Origin: Eledone cirrhosa
Lineage: Eukaryota
Direction of reading: 5' to 3'
NCBI GenBank assembly: GCA_964016885.1
Contig: OZ024747.1
Span: 80,166,001 to 80,230,000, forward strand
DNA: 64,000 nt
A program made the position numbers and the translations under genes. The first letter of the stretch is position 1. Each line of letters opens with the position of its first letter. The notes under the pieces were generated by a model that had not been told where the DNA came from, did no database searches, and saw only the letters and a program-made list of their open reading frames with translations. This document shows, one piece after another, positions 27,551 through 43,135 of this stretch.

Positions 27551-28977
27551 AATAAATAAATATATATATATATATATATACGATATTAAATAAATGGAAA
27601 TTATATTTATAAAACCATATTTATTTCATTATATATATTTCAGGGATATCATATTAACAATATGTTATGCCTTCTTCAGACAAAATACAATATAAACAGT
27701 CTTATAAATAAATAGATATGACATACCTTTTCAAATATCAACTTGCATTTGTGAAGTTGATTTGGCAGTAAAAATATTATGGACGGTTGTAAAAGAAAGA
27801 GAGAAAGAAAAAAGAAGAGAAACGAAGAAAAAGAAGAAATGGATGTGACAAATAGATGTGACTAAATAGAGAGAGATAGAAATATAAAGATATATAAAGA
27901 TATATAAAGAGAAGAACTTCATGTAAAGAAACAGAGAGAAACACATAGAGAGAGGAAAAAAGGGAGATAGATAGAGATAGATATATAGATAGAGACTAGG
28001 TGGTTGATCAACAGTTGTATTGCCGTATCAATGGTACATTTATTTATTTATTTATTTATTTAGCTCTAGTATTAATGTAAAGAGAGATGTATGTAGTTAA
28101 GAGAGAAAATAGCCGTTATATAGAGAGAAAAAAGAAAATGAAAAATAACCAGACATAAGCGATGCAGAGTCTAAAAAACACTATGTTTTAACATGTGGAA
28201 ATATTAGTTCGTATAAAACAGGCATTATAATGTAAATATCAGTATTCATGAATGAGACACGTATCTACAATGTGTGAAAAGTAATGATCTTATGTCTAGT
28301 TTTAAAAATTCATATGTTTATATCATAACTATAAACAAACTCCCATTTCACACGAAAACATTCTCAATTGTGCTATAAAATTCAAGTATACATATATGTG
28401 TATATATACACATATATATAGAGTCTATATTAATTTTAACAATACTATTCTTGTCTTTACTCTACATGATTATCTATCAAGCAGAAATAGAGAACAGATT
28501 TCAATATATTAATAAAAATAAAAATATTAATAAAAATAAAAATATCAGAAACTAGAAAATAAATAAACAGAAAACTAAAAATATTAAATATTAAATATTA
28601 AAAATAAAAAAATATAAAAAAATATAAAAATATTACCAAATATTACAAAATATTAAAGAATAATAAAAATAAAGATCAGCCCTTCAAAGTTAATTGACAA
28701 TTCATTATAAGGATCAGAGTCAAAAACAGATAAAACAAAAATTATTTACCAAATCCTGTCTAGCAGAAATCGTTCCAAAAGTTTAGGATACCCATTGGTC
28801 TACATATGTTCTTATATTTAATATAGAAGTTTATCTAGTGTAAAAATTTATTCGATATATTTGGAGCATCGGCTATTAGGGTAGTTTAATTATTCATGAA
28901 GAATGTTTTAATAAAAAGAAGAAATCGAAAGATTTATCGGCTAGTTTCATAAATAATTACAAATCAAACTAACTATA

Positions 28978-30901
28978 CTACAATTTAAATTTAAATTTAT
29001 ATTTAAACGTTGAGTTCAATCTATGTCTGCAGCAACTGAATAAATTTGTCCGTAGATTAAGGGAATTTTTAGATTTTAGTATAAAGAACATCTCCTCCAC
29101 ACAGAGGTCACATGCCTCAGAGGATGAATTAAAAGGAATCCCAGAGTACGCCTGATAGTGCTGTTGAAGAATTTTTGGATGGATCTGTGAAAGAATTCTT
29201 GTGGTTGTTATAGCGAAGTTTAAATTCCGTCGATGTGGAACCAACGTAGTTAAAAGAATTAAAGTCCGTTTTAACATTACAGTTGTATATTATATTTTTA
29301 ACTAAGCAGTTGTTATTTAACGGACATTTAGATCTATCTCTACAGTTACATTTGTTGACTTGGATATTATTTATGCTATTATCGCTAGGTTTTAAGTTCC
29401 TATTATTTATTCTATTAATATTTTGTGCTAAATTTTTGGTGGATGAGTAGGTTAATTTAATAGTATGTCTATTGAAGATTGAGTGATACCTATGTGTTCT
29501 AGGGAAGCGATTATCAAGAGCTTTAAAAAATAGTTTAGCGATGTGGGTTTTAATGTTTAGAGAGAAAGGGGGGGGGCAAACCATATTATATTCCTAGTTC
29601 TATTTCTTTTATGGCCTTTGGAATTATTGTAATGCTTTCTACTATAGTTGTTTAGGTTGTGGCCGTAATTACAATAGTTGTTATTTTGTTTAGTTTGTTT
29701 ATCATTATCTATGTACATAATTTTATCAGTATATCCTGCTCTAGCTAACGCTTCATTGTAATACTGGGCTTTTTCGTCGAAAATCTTTTTATTAGATGAG
29801 ATTCTAGAGATACGTTTTTGTACAGAGTTTACAATAGTATTTTTAACAGATCTGGGGTGGTTAGAGTTAAAGCTGACATAGTTTAAGTTTTCATTCAACT
29901 TGTGAAATGGATAGTGAAGACATGTGTTGAGATTTAATGTTATATCTAGGAAGTTGACTATTCTATGGTTATTCTCAATTTCTATTTTTAGATTAAAGTA
30001 ATTAAAAAATTGTGTAATTTGTTTTCTTTTTCTATTTAGTTCAGAGTTATTATTATCAATAAGTAAAAGCATGTCATCTCTATATAAACCTCCGGTAGTA
30101 CCAGGTATTTTCCTATGCAGCGAATTGATTAAAAATAAGCCCACAAGGTCAGTTACCTGAGCTGAGTCGGATGATCCCATAGTAATGTCAAAATTGTTAT
30201 CTCTATCTGCTCTAGTCCATAGTTGGTCATTAAATTCTATCAATGTTTTCCTAGCCGATAATATAATGTGCATTTCATTGCTAGTTAGGTCTGTATGTTT
30301 GAATGCGTAATTTAGTGCCTTATTTAGTAGATTAGGGGTAATAGAAGAATAATAGTTAGCAATATCAAGTTGAATAAACTTATTATTATTGTTATATTTA
30401 ATTTGCTTAAACCACTCAACAACCTCCCCAGTTCCCTTCCACAAGCTCAGGTTAGGTAAACAATTCAAGTTTTTAATTTGCTGTATCACCCTGTCAAGAA
30501 TGTTTTTGCTTAGTTTACCCAGGTCCGATTTTGATGGTGCAATCAATCTGACTGGCAAGTCGTTTTCAAAATTTTTTTTGTGATCTTTCATATTGATCTT
30601 CGGTTTCCTGGGCACGAAAGGTTGTGTTCTGTTCTCAATTTCCAGCTCGTGCATTATACAAGATGCTTCAACATTCATTTTCTCAAGCTCGGCCTTATCT
30701 GATACCTTGTACTTTTTCCTCAGTTCTTTCAGTATGAGGCCATTATACATGTCTTTCTGCACTCCATAGAGGTTGTTGGTCTTGTCAGATTTCACCAAGA
30801 TCTTCTCAGTTTTCTCTAAGCTCTCAATATTATCTCTAATGCCTTTCAGATATTCCTGGCCTTTGAAGTTTCTCTTGAATTTGACTCCTTGTATGATAGA
30901 A
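28978..30901 (-). pseudogene. PLE reverse transcriptase-GIY-YIG endonuclease ORF (two frame disruptions, N-terminus missing)
   Basis: SDKTNNLY, QLDIANYYSSI, MGSSDSAQVTDL, LYRDD, FLDITL, HPRSVK, WFAPPFS, CNCRDRSKCPLNNNC, NIIY..YVGST..FKLRYNNH, CDLCVEE, CRH. Frameshift in the G-run near 29570 and a deletion near 29140. Confidence 0.9.
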
Positions 30902-31290
30902 ATTAATACTAGAGCTAAATAAATAAATAAATAAATAAATGTACCATTGATACGGCAATATAACTGTTGATCAACCACCTAGTCTCTATCTATATATCTA
31001 TCTCTATCTATCTCCCTTTTTTCCTCTCTCTATGTGTTTCTCTCTGTTTCTTTACATGAAGTTCTTCTCTTTATATATCTTTATATATCTTTCTATTTCT
31101 ATCTCTCTCTATTTAGTCACATCTATTTGTCACATCCATTTCTTCTTTTTCTTCGTTTCTCTTCTTTTTTCTTTCTCTCTTTCTTTTACAACCGTCCATA
31201 ATATTTTTACTGCCAAATCAACTTCACAAATGCAAGTTGATATTTGAAAAGGTATGTCATATCTATTTATTTATAAGACTGTTTATATTG

Positions 31291-31356
31291 TATTTTGTCT
31301 GAAGAAGGCATAACATATTGTTAATATGATATCCCTGAAATATATATAATGAAATA
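31291..31356 (+). ncRNA. Minimal type I hammerhead ribozyme in the pLTR (mirror copy at 27622-27687, minus strand)
   Basis: tattttgt CTGAAGA(31299) aggcataacatattgttaatatgatatccct GAAA(31337) tatata TA atgaaata. Confidence 0.82.
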
Positions 31357-31483
31357 AATATAGTTTTATAAATATAATTTCCATTTATTTAATATCGTAA
31401 ATATACTCCAAATACTTGTTGAGTGCTTTTATATCAGTTATAAATATTTACTCGTTGTAACCCAACATTTTAAATATAACTTT

Positions 31484-31525
<42 letters not shown>

Positions 31526-31607
31526 AAATAAATATATATATATAAATAAATATAGATATAAATAAATGAATAAATATATATATATATATATATATATTAA
31601 TATTAAT

Positions 31608-31776
31608 TGTTTCTACTTTTGGCACAAGGCCAGCAATTACCCAGTGTATTACTGGTACTTTATTTTATCGACCCCGTAAGGATGAAAGGCAAAGTTAATC
31701 TCGGCAGGATTTGAACTCAGAATGGAAAGGGCCGTAACTCTTTGCGTCAAAGCATGGCGTCCGACCCTCTACCGAT
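31608..31776 (-). mobile_element. tRNA-derived SINE (same family as 3385)
   Basis: Near-identical to 45068-45259 and 57488-57678. Confidence 0.88.
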
Positions 31777-31945
31777 TAATATTAATATGTTTTCATATCT
31801 ATCTATCCACAAGTGCTAAGGAGACAAATGAATGTATCATACATGTACATACATAAAGATATATACATACATACATAAATATCATACATACACCTAAACC
31901 CCTCATAATGACACCCACACATATGTACACACGCACACATACACG

Positions 31946-32053
<108 letters not shown>

Positions 32054-32360
32054 TACACACACACACATGTATATAATTGATGCTACAGCAATCAAAATTC
32101 CGACAGGAATAGTGATTTTTAAAAATAGTAATATTAAATGATGTAATTTGAGTAAAATTTATTGATTATCTTTTGTGAATTTGGTTTACATGGAAACAGT
32201 TCAATTAAAAATAAAAGGGGATGAGTATGGACTCAATTGAACAATTTACAACTTAAATATAGACCGGAAACAGTATTTTGATGTTATGAAGATATAAATA
32301 TTACTATATAGATGACAGTATTGCAAGCCACCTTGTCTTTGTATTACTTCTTTTTAACTC

Positions 32361-32428
<68 letters not shown>

Positions 32429-32436
32429 CTCTTTCC

Positions 32437-32469
<33 letters not shown>

Positions 32470-32486
32470 TTTTCTTTCTTTCTCTC

Positions 32487-32553
<67 letters not shown>

Positions 32554-33908
32554 TTGTCATTTCTATCTCCCGCCCCCCGCACTTTGATATAGCAAACTCC
32601 TTGGGGGAGTCGGCGGGACGCGTATTGATATCCAGCGTTTCTTGGGCATTTAAAGCCTGGCAGAACCCACCTATCACCAGGCCTGAGTACAGCAGATTTC
32701 TTCCAGAGAACGATAGACAGAAAGAAAGCGAGAGAGAGAGAGAGAGAGAGATGGAGGAAGGATCGGCCCCAGTACTCGACTGGTACTTTTTTTATTTACC
32801 TCGAAATGATGAAAGGCAAAGTTGACATCGGAGGTATTTGATAAATATCATGTTACACCCCCGCTACCTCTCTTTATAAATATATATATTGTACACTCTA
32901 ACATCTCTTCACACATACCCACGTATGCTAACATCTGCCTGAAAAAAAAAAACAATTCCCTTTTCCTTGTAACACGAAAACATGGTTGACAATTAGATTG
33001 GTTTCTCCCCCACAAACATCATCTTAAATGGACACTGATCCAAAATATTTCGAACTTATCAAAAACTTGAATGTCCCTTAGCGTTAAAACCTTTTGTTAT
33101 GAATACCAGGATTACTTACCTGCAGCTTTCCTTTCACACTTGTTTTAACCAAAAACTATATTTTTCTTTTGCTAAAAGAAAAATATCCCGGTGCGTTTTA
33201 TTATTTTAAGGACAGAAATTGGAAAGAAACTTGAAACGTGCCAAATCTGTATCTTGCAATGGAAATTTGAAACATTGAGAAACGGACACCATTTTTTTTT
33301 TATAGGATGCCTGGAAGTATGTTGAATTAAGGAATTTGAATTGCTGTTGTAGTAAATGGTATTGTGCTTTTAACGAAGAAAAATACAGCAAATGATATAT
33401 AAATAAAAGTAACAGCAACAATCACAACATAAAATCTCCCTCAAAACAAAAGCATATGAGTAAGATGTCCTTCATAAAGATATTACAAGAGGAAGCAAGA
33501 AGTTAGCTTTACCTTGAAAGAATATAATATATCACGATGTTTACGATTCTCTTAAATAATTTATTCATTTGCTTTTGCTTGTATAAAAGCTTTGAAATAT
33601 GTTCTTTTCCTTCTCCTTGTGATTTGTTAAGCAATTGAAAATTTGCTGACTCTATTGCCTGGCAGGAGAATGGAAATAATATTGCAATTACAGGTTTTTC
33701 TGTGTATAAATATTTTGAGGATTCCCGGTGATGGGAAGTTGTTTAATGTAGAATGATTGCATGTGTTTTAGAGTATAATATTGATACGACTATGCATTGT
33801 TGCATTTTCTGATAAAGCTTTCAACGCTAAGTGATAAGAATAATAGACCCGTGGCGCTGATACTTTGTAATATAATATATCTCTCAAAAGAGCTACTGGT
33901 TCTCCGTT

Positions 33909-34005
<97 letters not shown>

Positions 34006-34133
34006 TAATATATATATATATATACATATATATATACATATATACATATATATATATATATTTATTAAAATAACAGATTAAAGTATAAGCAAAGAATCGC
34101 TGCTTTCACCCTTAACGGGATCTTCTGATTTAC

Positions 34134-34172
<39 letters not shown>

Positions 34173-34777
34173 CGTGGCGTCGAATTTTATGATTCTATAC
34201 AGGCTTTTCATTATAATATATTTCTTTACTACAGTGTACATACACATTCTCGCACACACACACAGCACACACATACACACACACGCACACACACACAGCA
34301 CACACATACACACACACGCACACACACAAAGCCGCGAATCTAGGAAGAAAATGGCAGATTTTTACGGTGTTTACATAGTACTTAATAAAACGCTTTCACA
34401 ACGTCATTAGTCCTTTATTTGTGAGAAGTGAATCGTATTGTAACCTTTGTACTGTACATTATACTAATCATTCCTTTCATAGCGTCTGTTTAATCCTTTG
34501 AGCTTCCTTGTTTGCTGGATAATATAACCTATCTATATGTAATGTAATGTTTGCTATCTTGAGATGAAAAGAATATTACTTTACTTGTTGTTAGCTGTAG
34601 TTCTTTGTTCTTAGCGGTAGTTCTCTTTTCTTAGCCGTGGAACTCTTTAGCGGTTATTTTTTGTATGACTGAAGTGGGAAATAAATCTAGATGCATGTAG
34701 TTTTATTCATGATTTGGGGGATACCGTAAATATACAATGTTTTTTTATGGCTATATTAATCTCTGTGAATGAGTGTT

Positions 34778-34840
<63 letters not shown>

Positions 34841-35338
34841 CATATGCCTACACACACACACATATATGTATGTATCATAAATTAGAATCATGCAAACACA
34901 CACATACACAAATACTCACACATACAAAAACACGTTCACACACATGCACACACACACATATATATTTATGTATTACTTTGGGAGGGTCATGCTGCCAATA
35001 AAACACACACACACTTTCTTCTACCAGCCTTAGTTTTGGAGATATAGCTCATCCCTTTATATTCTTAAGTATCCACTCAAAAGCTAACATTAGGGGCCCG
35101 CATAGCATCTTGGTCCCTGACGATTTAGACTTGTTTCGTGGGTGTACGTAAAGTGGTGATGCTAAAAAGGAAATATAACTTTTAAGATGACAGAGAGCAT
35201 TTGTATTGTAATTAACCCCATGTTTTCGTTGCTGGAGCAGTCTTGATATGAGAATATATTCATGATATGGGCCACACCTGTTGCTTATCGAATGTCAGTA
35301 ACTTCGAAAGCTGAAGTGTATTCTTAGCCTGAAGAGAT

Positions 35339-35383
<45 letters not shown>

Positions 35384-35514
35384 CATACATATATACATAT
35401 ATACATACATATATACATACATACATATATATATATATACATACATACATATATACATATATACATATATACATATATACATACATATATACATACATAC
35501 ATATATATATATAT

Positions 35515-36496
<982 letters not shown>

Positions 36497-36537
36497 GTAT
36501 GTAAAAGGTAAACAAAAATAACAACACAATCGGTACA

Positions 36538-36603
<66 letters not shown>

Positions 36604-37081
36604 ATGTGTATACAAATCAACTTTGCACCACGTACGGACAATTATATCTTTATATCTTTGTAACAGAATAAACAAAACAATGAGGGGAACAAATGTGTGA
36701 AATATTACGACATTGATAGTATTAACAGGAATTTTAATTACAGGCCAACATAATTTCATCACACTATTGCCAACCGACCCTCTCGCAGATATTAATTGCC
36801 ATGGCGCAATGTCTGAAATAATGATCTTCATAATTCTGGAATTTATTGCTAACATGTGATATTCATTTTTATAACGCCAGGACATGTCATAACAGTTTTA
36901 TTACAGATACATTAATGTCTTAATGTTCTCTGTTGGAATTCGTTTATCGACTTTGGCATGTGAGGCTTAACTCTATTAAAACTATCTTTTATTTAATTGT
37001 TCACTCCGTTAGACTATTAAACTGTTGAGGTCTCTGTGATATTTGACACATAAATAAATACCATACATCACACCTACACAT

Positions 37082-37272
<191 letters not shown>

Positions 37273-37792
37273 GTATATATGAATAAGGTTAATATATCTG
37301 AGGGTACAATGTACCCCCAGAAATACATAGGTTGTCTATGATTTAAGGTGGTTCTATGGTAATAATTTGTATACCAGAACTTAATATCAAGATAAGCAGA
37401 ACAAGTAAAATTCAACCAATTTTTCAAAATAAATCAAAATTAATTTACAATTAAACTTAATCAAAATTAAAAAATATAATATAAATATTTACCTATTCGA
37501 GTAGCTCTTACTGTACAGTTTCATTTTGCAAAACATTAGATATCACATGGATATTAATGGAAAAGCAAAGATCATCAGAGAAGCATTTTCCTTTCCCAGG
37601 AACGATAAACTATATGACCTCACTCCTACTAATACAGGTCTGAAAGGTCGTGAAAGTGACCCATAAATACGTTGGTGTATAGTGAAGGCGGGAAATCGTA
37701 GACTTGTTGTCTATGTTCGCTACCAACAAATTTTTTTATACATATATATATGTATATATATATATGTATATATATATATATGTATATATATG

Positions 37793-37860
<68 letters not shown>

Positions 37861-37865
37861 TAATG

Positions 37866-37896
<31 letters not shown>

Positions 37897-37989
37897 GTGT
37901 GTGTATGTGTTGTGTGTGTTGTGTGTGTTGTGTGTGTTGTGTGTTGTGTGTTGTGTGTCACAGTGTGATATTACAGTTTATTCTGGGAG

Positions 37990-39060
37990 GGTAGGGCAGT
38001 ATACAATACCCTTTAAGACCCTCGAGACATGAAGGAGGGAGGAAGGAAACTTCAAACTGGAAGCCTGAAACAAAGAAACAACAATGATACCGTTATATAT
38101 AGTAAAGAAATTAAAGGAAATGCTTAACGAAAATTACATGTACATCAATAGCTTGCAATATACTGGACCACATGAACAACATCAAGAATAGCAAAAACAT
38201 AATCAGAGTAGATAATTATTCAGCTGCCATAAACAGAGATACGATGCACCTGTCGAGGTTGATGAACAACACGAATTTTGTGGCATCAAAAGACATAGTC
38301 GAAGAAATCATGCAAGGGCATACAAATACGCAAGTTGATCATATTGGGAGGAAGTTACCATAAGTCACAAAGGTGCAAACGAAGCTTTATATCCGAAAAT
38401 GTGAATCTAAAAGACAGCACACTTATTCTGGGAACTATGATTGTGAATGTTACTGGTAATTTCAAACAAATTCCACCTATATTTCCTCATGAGCAACGAG
38501 TTGATCAGATGACTGCCTATTTCAAAACCTTGTATGTCTTCACGTTCAACGACTGGGCCTGACATTGAATATGCGATTGCACTGCACTGGTGAAGATGCT
38601 GTTGGTGAGTTCGTTACCCAGCTGTGAAAAGTAGAAAACTAATTTTGAAAGGGACTCCAACGGTCATAGAATAGAAAGAAAATAAGGACTGATGCCAAGA
38701 TTTTTCCTTATATTAATTTCAAACAACGGGATCCCAAATGGCCCTGTGTACGAGTAATCTACTATAGGTAAAAAGGCAGCAATTTGCAAGAGACTCACCA
38801 TTAGAAATATATTAGAAATATGAGTCTTTATGTCCGGAAGCCAACTATTTCTCTACTTGAATTTCAAAGATTGCAATTTCTTGTCAGACACACCTTCGTA
38901 ATGACTATAAATACATGTGAAAGATAGTCAATAGAATTTACATAACTGATCCTAATGGAGCCTATCTTGTTACGTGGTTAGTTTTATGTGGAAACGCTAA
39001 TCCTCTCTTAGTTTTAGTACTGAAGGTCAAACTAAGGAGATTTATCTCTGGGCTTTGGAA
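37990..39060 (+). mobile_element. Decayed Helitron RepHel (PIF1 helicase) relic
   Basis: IVNVTGNFKQIPPIFP resembles GDFRQILPV. Also LNMRL...EFVTQL, IFP.I......W...RVI and RG*FYV (like HGQLYV), in the expected order. Confidence 0.72.
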
Positions 39061-39302
39061 TGATTAGATAAGTCAACAAGATCATTTAGATGTGTTCACA
39101 TTCTAATTAAAATTCCCAGAAGACCCAATTCATTAGTCAAATAGTTTTTAATGCTTGTCGAAATTTCCACATTACTACATACGGTTACTTCGATATAATA
39201 TTCGGGTAACACCGAGTAGTTTTACTAACAGATACATAAATACATGCATGTATACAAACATGCATACATGCATACATACATAGTACATACATACATGCAT
39301 GT

Positions 39303-39408
<106 letters not shown>

Positions 39409-41324
39409 ATGCATGTCTAGGTATGTGTGTATATATGCGCCTTCTTTGGAACCATTTGACCTAAGAGAGTCATGAACGTTATCACTCCAATTCATTCATT
39501 CCATTCAGTGCTAGGCGCAAATTTCCAGGATTCGACATTTAAGTTGATTCAATGAAATCCGATAAGGAAAAGAAAACACAATTAACATATTGGAAGCCAA
39601 GCAATTGTTAGTAATTCTCCCTCTCAACTTTAGAAAACGACGCCGTGGATATTCAAAGCATGGTGTCTCGGAAGAAAATCAGTATTTTACATTACCGATT
39701 ATTCATTTTGGTGATTAAAATTGTGCTGCAATTTATCTGATAGTTTAATAACATTTCAATCCTCTGACATTGAATAACATTTTAATAAAACTGGAATCGA
39801 GATTGCTTTTCCCTGTGTCCCTTATAGATATTATGAAGTTATATTGCTTAAATTAAACAAAGGTTTTATTTTGTGTAAGTTAAACTCTTAAAATCGATCC
39901 CATAAAATTGCTAGAATTCTCCTATTTTATTGACCAAGTATCTGCCAATATTTCTGTTTATATCAACTCACCCGTATTGAGGATCAGATTACTACAGTTT
40001 ATACTCTATTGCATTGTAATTATTTACCCTACATAGTGTTATTTAATTGTTAACATTATTTAGTTATTGAATTTTATTTCAAATTTAAATGTCTAAATAC
40101 AAAAGACATATTAAAGATATTAGGGTCGTTTCAAAAATTGATTCTTTTTATTTCAATGGTCTTTTTTAACGATTGTTCAAACCAGAAACATATAAAGTAT
40201 AGAATTTAAATGTATTTCTACATAGGTCACAGCTGACAGAGTAGATAATGCAAAGCTGCTTTATAAAGCGTCCGAATTTATTTCATCAAAGTTGTTTCAC
40301 TGTTCGTTTGAGCAACACAAATTAATCTACTCAATTCAGATTAGCTTGAAATTAAGTATGGAGATTCAAGAGTCTCTCTAGTAGGTCAATAACATTTCAA
40401 AACATCGGTTGAATGGTTTAATATGATATTAGAGCTGAAGAAGAAGAAAAAAAACGATAACTAAAATAACAGTAAAAAAGAACAAGGAGAAAACTACACC
40501 GTAAAGTTTTCTTCTTAATCAAGCTGTAAAAAAATCTTCAAAGTTTTGGAATAACCTTTGCCATTAATGACAGTGCCATACATACATCTATATCCGGGGA
40601 AATCAACCTTTATAATTTTGCTAGAAACTTACTGTAAATATTTGGAGGGACAGTATCGTAAAACGCCGAAACACCATCTTATTAGTATTACCGTAATTAT
40701 TCAATAAAAAATCGAAACGTAAAAAGCCATGAACCAGAACGAAATAGTATCAATGAAATATAATTGTATTTGGTGTGGCTTCATTTTCCGTTTCTCTCCT
40801 TTGAAATTATTATTATTCTAGCATTGTGATAGTTTTGATATTATATTACATACATGTGTGCATACATACATCACACAATCGTGTGTACACATCCGTACAT
40901 ATAAATACACACATATATATATATGTACACACACACACATATATATATATACGCACATATACATACACATATATGAATTGGTCTCTATGTGTGCATAATT
41001 ACATGATACTCGTGACATTGTATTTGTTTTGAGAAATGTCACCATTCCTCAACAAATCTTTACAAACGTTTACTTAGAGAAACAGATCTATCATGTGAGT
41101 CCAGACTCCGAACCGCCCATGTGTCAAAACGAGCGCATTAATTAAAAAAAGATGAAGAAGACTAAAGTTATAATGGAGTGGAAATGTGAGAGTTGGGGAG
41201 CGGGATCTAAAACCATATTCTAAAACATTACAATGATTCTTTTCAATTTTTCTTTTACCTCCTTCTTCAACTCTGCTTTGCTATCTCCATCTTTCCCTAG
41301 ATATTTTTCATTCATCTCTGTGTT

Positions 41325-41412
<88 letters not shown>

Positions 41413-41583
41413 AACACAGAGATGAATGAAATATATATATATATATATTTTGTGAAGGTGCATGGCTTAGTGATTAGAGCAGTAGGCTTGCAATCGTTTA
41501 ATTAAAATGTTTAATCATTTAATGCGAATGTTTAATTAAAAATATTTAGTTTTAAAGTAGTAAGTAAGTCACTTTCTTCTTTT

Positions 41584-41674
41584 TTTTCGGCGAAAGAAGG
41601 GAGAGAAGCTAACAGTCTGTTTCACGCAGGCTGGTGTTCATCAGAGTCACGCACTCCCCTGCTTCCGCCGAAAA
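41584..41674 (-). ncRNA. Solitary type I hammerhead-like motif with a long stem I
   Basis: Minus strand reads ttttcggcggaagcaggggagtgcgtgact CTGATGA acaccagcctgcgt GAAA cagactg TT agcttctctcccttctttcgccgaaaa. Confidence 0.68.
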
Positions 41675-41818
41675 TTATAGAAGGTGGATTCTTATAGAAT
41701 TCCAGTAATAATCAGGAGCTGATTATACAGAGCGATTGCCGGTCCAGTAACAATTAGGTATTAGGATTGGTGCTCTGAAATAGCGATGTATACATGAATA
41801 TATGTATAGTATATTTGG

Positions 41819-41904
<86 letters not shown>

Positions 41905-42637
41905 GTAGTGCGTGAAGTTCCAATTTTCTAACTTACTAAGCACCGAGGAAATAAATGTTGAACTTGTAGAAAGCGCAGACGCAGAAAATATCTGCAATTA
42001 CAGTCAATTGCTATAAAGTAGACGATAAAAATCACAAAGACCCAGAGAGCAGGAAAGTTCTTATCTATATATTTTATGCACTGATTGATTTTAAGTATTA
42101 AGGACTAATTAACCTTTAATTAATATTAAACTACCCTTTAATTTGTCGAATTGTATCAGATGGTCTTTTGGTTGCTATTTCTAGCGGCATTATAAGTCTG
42201 TAGTTAGGAGGTATTTGATCATTTAATCGTTCAACAACACAACGTAGCTTTTTGGACAGCATGATAGCTCGGCAATTGAAACGATTTGTAATGTTTTAGT
42301 CAATAGCCTCTTAGCTTTTCAAGAAATAAACTGTCCTGAAGAGTATTGCGGATTCTTTAATTATTGGTAATTCCAATAAAATTCTTCCGCAAACGAAACC
42401 ATGGTAAGGAGAACTTTATATTAGCGAGAATAGCTACTTTTAAAAATATTTTTTGTCTGTCTGGCATATACTCCAATAAATAGTTTTTCTCACTTAAGTG
42501 TGTAATATTGCTTCTCGGCATGATATCTTATTTATATATTTTATCCCCTCATTGAGATGGTTAACCTTTAATTAATACGCACACGCCCACACACACACAC
42601 ACGCACACATATATATATATATGTATATATATATATG

Positions 42638-42689
<52 letters not shown>

Positions 42690-42806
42690 ATGTATATATA
42701 TTTATATATATGGAATTATTTAAATTCCGTTCATGTAATCAATTAAATTGATTGTTCAACATGAATCAAAGACCACATACAGTAGTGTTACACAATAAAA
42801 GTTATT

Positions 42807-42902
<96 letters not shown>

Positions 42903-43001
42903 TAGAGAGGGTCTGGTCCTGATGGCTGACCCTTGCCGATTCGACAGCAAACTCCAGCAAGAACTCAGCCCTCGAGCTGCACACTCTTCGACAAACCTAC
43001 A

Positions 43002-43135
43002 TTTGGCGCGAAACCAGCTCGCGCTAAAATCAATTTAAACATTCACGTGAATTCTACCGACCAATCAAAATTCTTTTGACTACAAGAATTTTTGCAACAC
43101 GAATTGGCGCGAAATTTATTGTGCTTATTCACGTG
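43002..43135. promoter_or_regulatory. Candidate promoter: 2 E2F sites, 2 E-boxes, 1 CCAAT box
   Basis: TTTGGCGCGAAA at 43002, TTGGCGCGAAA at 43104, CACGTG at 43044 and 43130, GACCAATCA at 43059. Confidence 0.5.

Larger units (their letters stand above)
27581..31486 (-). mobile_element. Penelope-like retroelement (Naiad-like), 5'-truncated, with inverted pLTRs
   Basis: RT + GIY-YIG ORF. 496-bp inverted arms at 27581-28076 and 30902-31397. Extra tail 31398-31486. (TA)n on both flanks. Confidence 0.93.

Noticed and set aside
28080-28977. Selenoprotein or SECIS signal, as reported for some Naiad PLEs
   Set aside because: The conserved Cys positions are Cys codons rather than TGA, and I found no convincing SECIS helix by eye. 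A SECISearch run would settle it.
30902-30978. MVDQQLY... N-terminus of the 473-aa ORF
   Set aside because: It comes from the inverted pLTR arm. The real N-terminus is missing.
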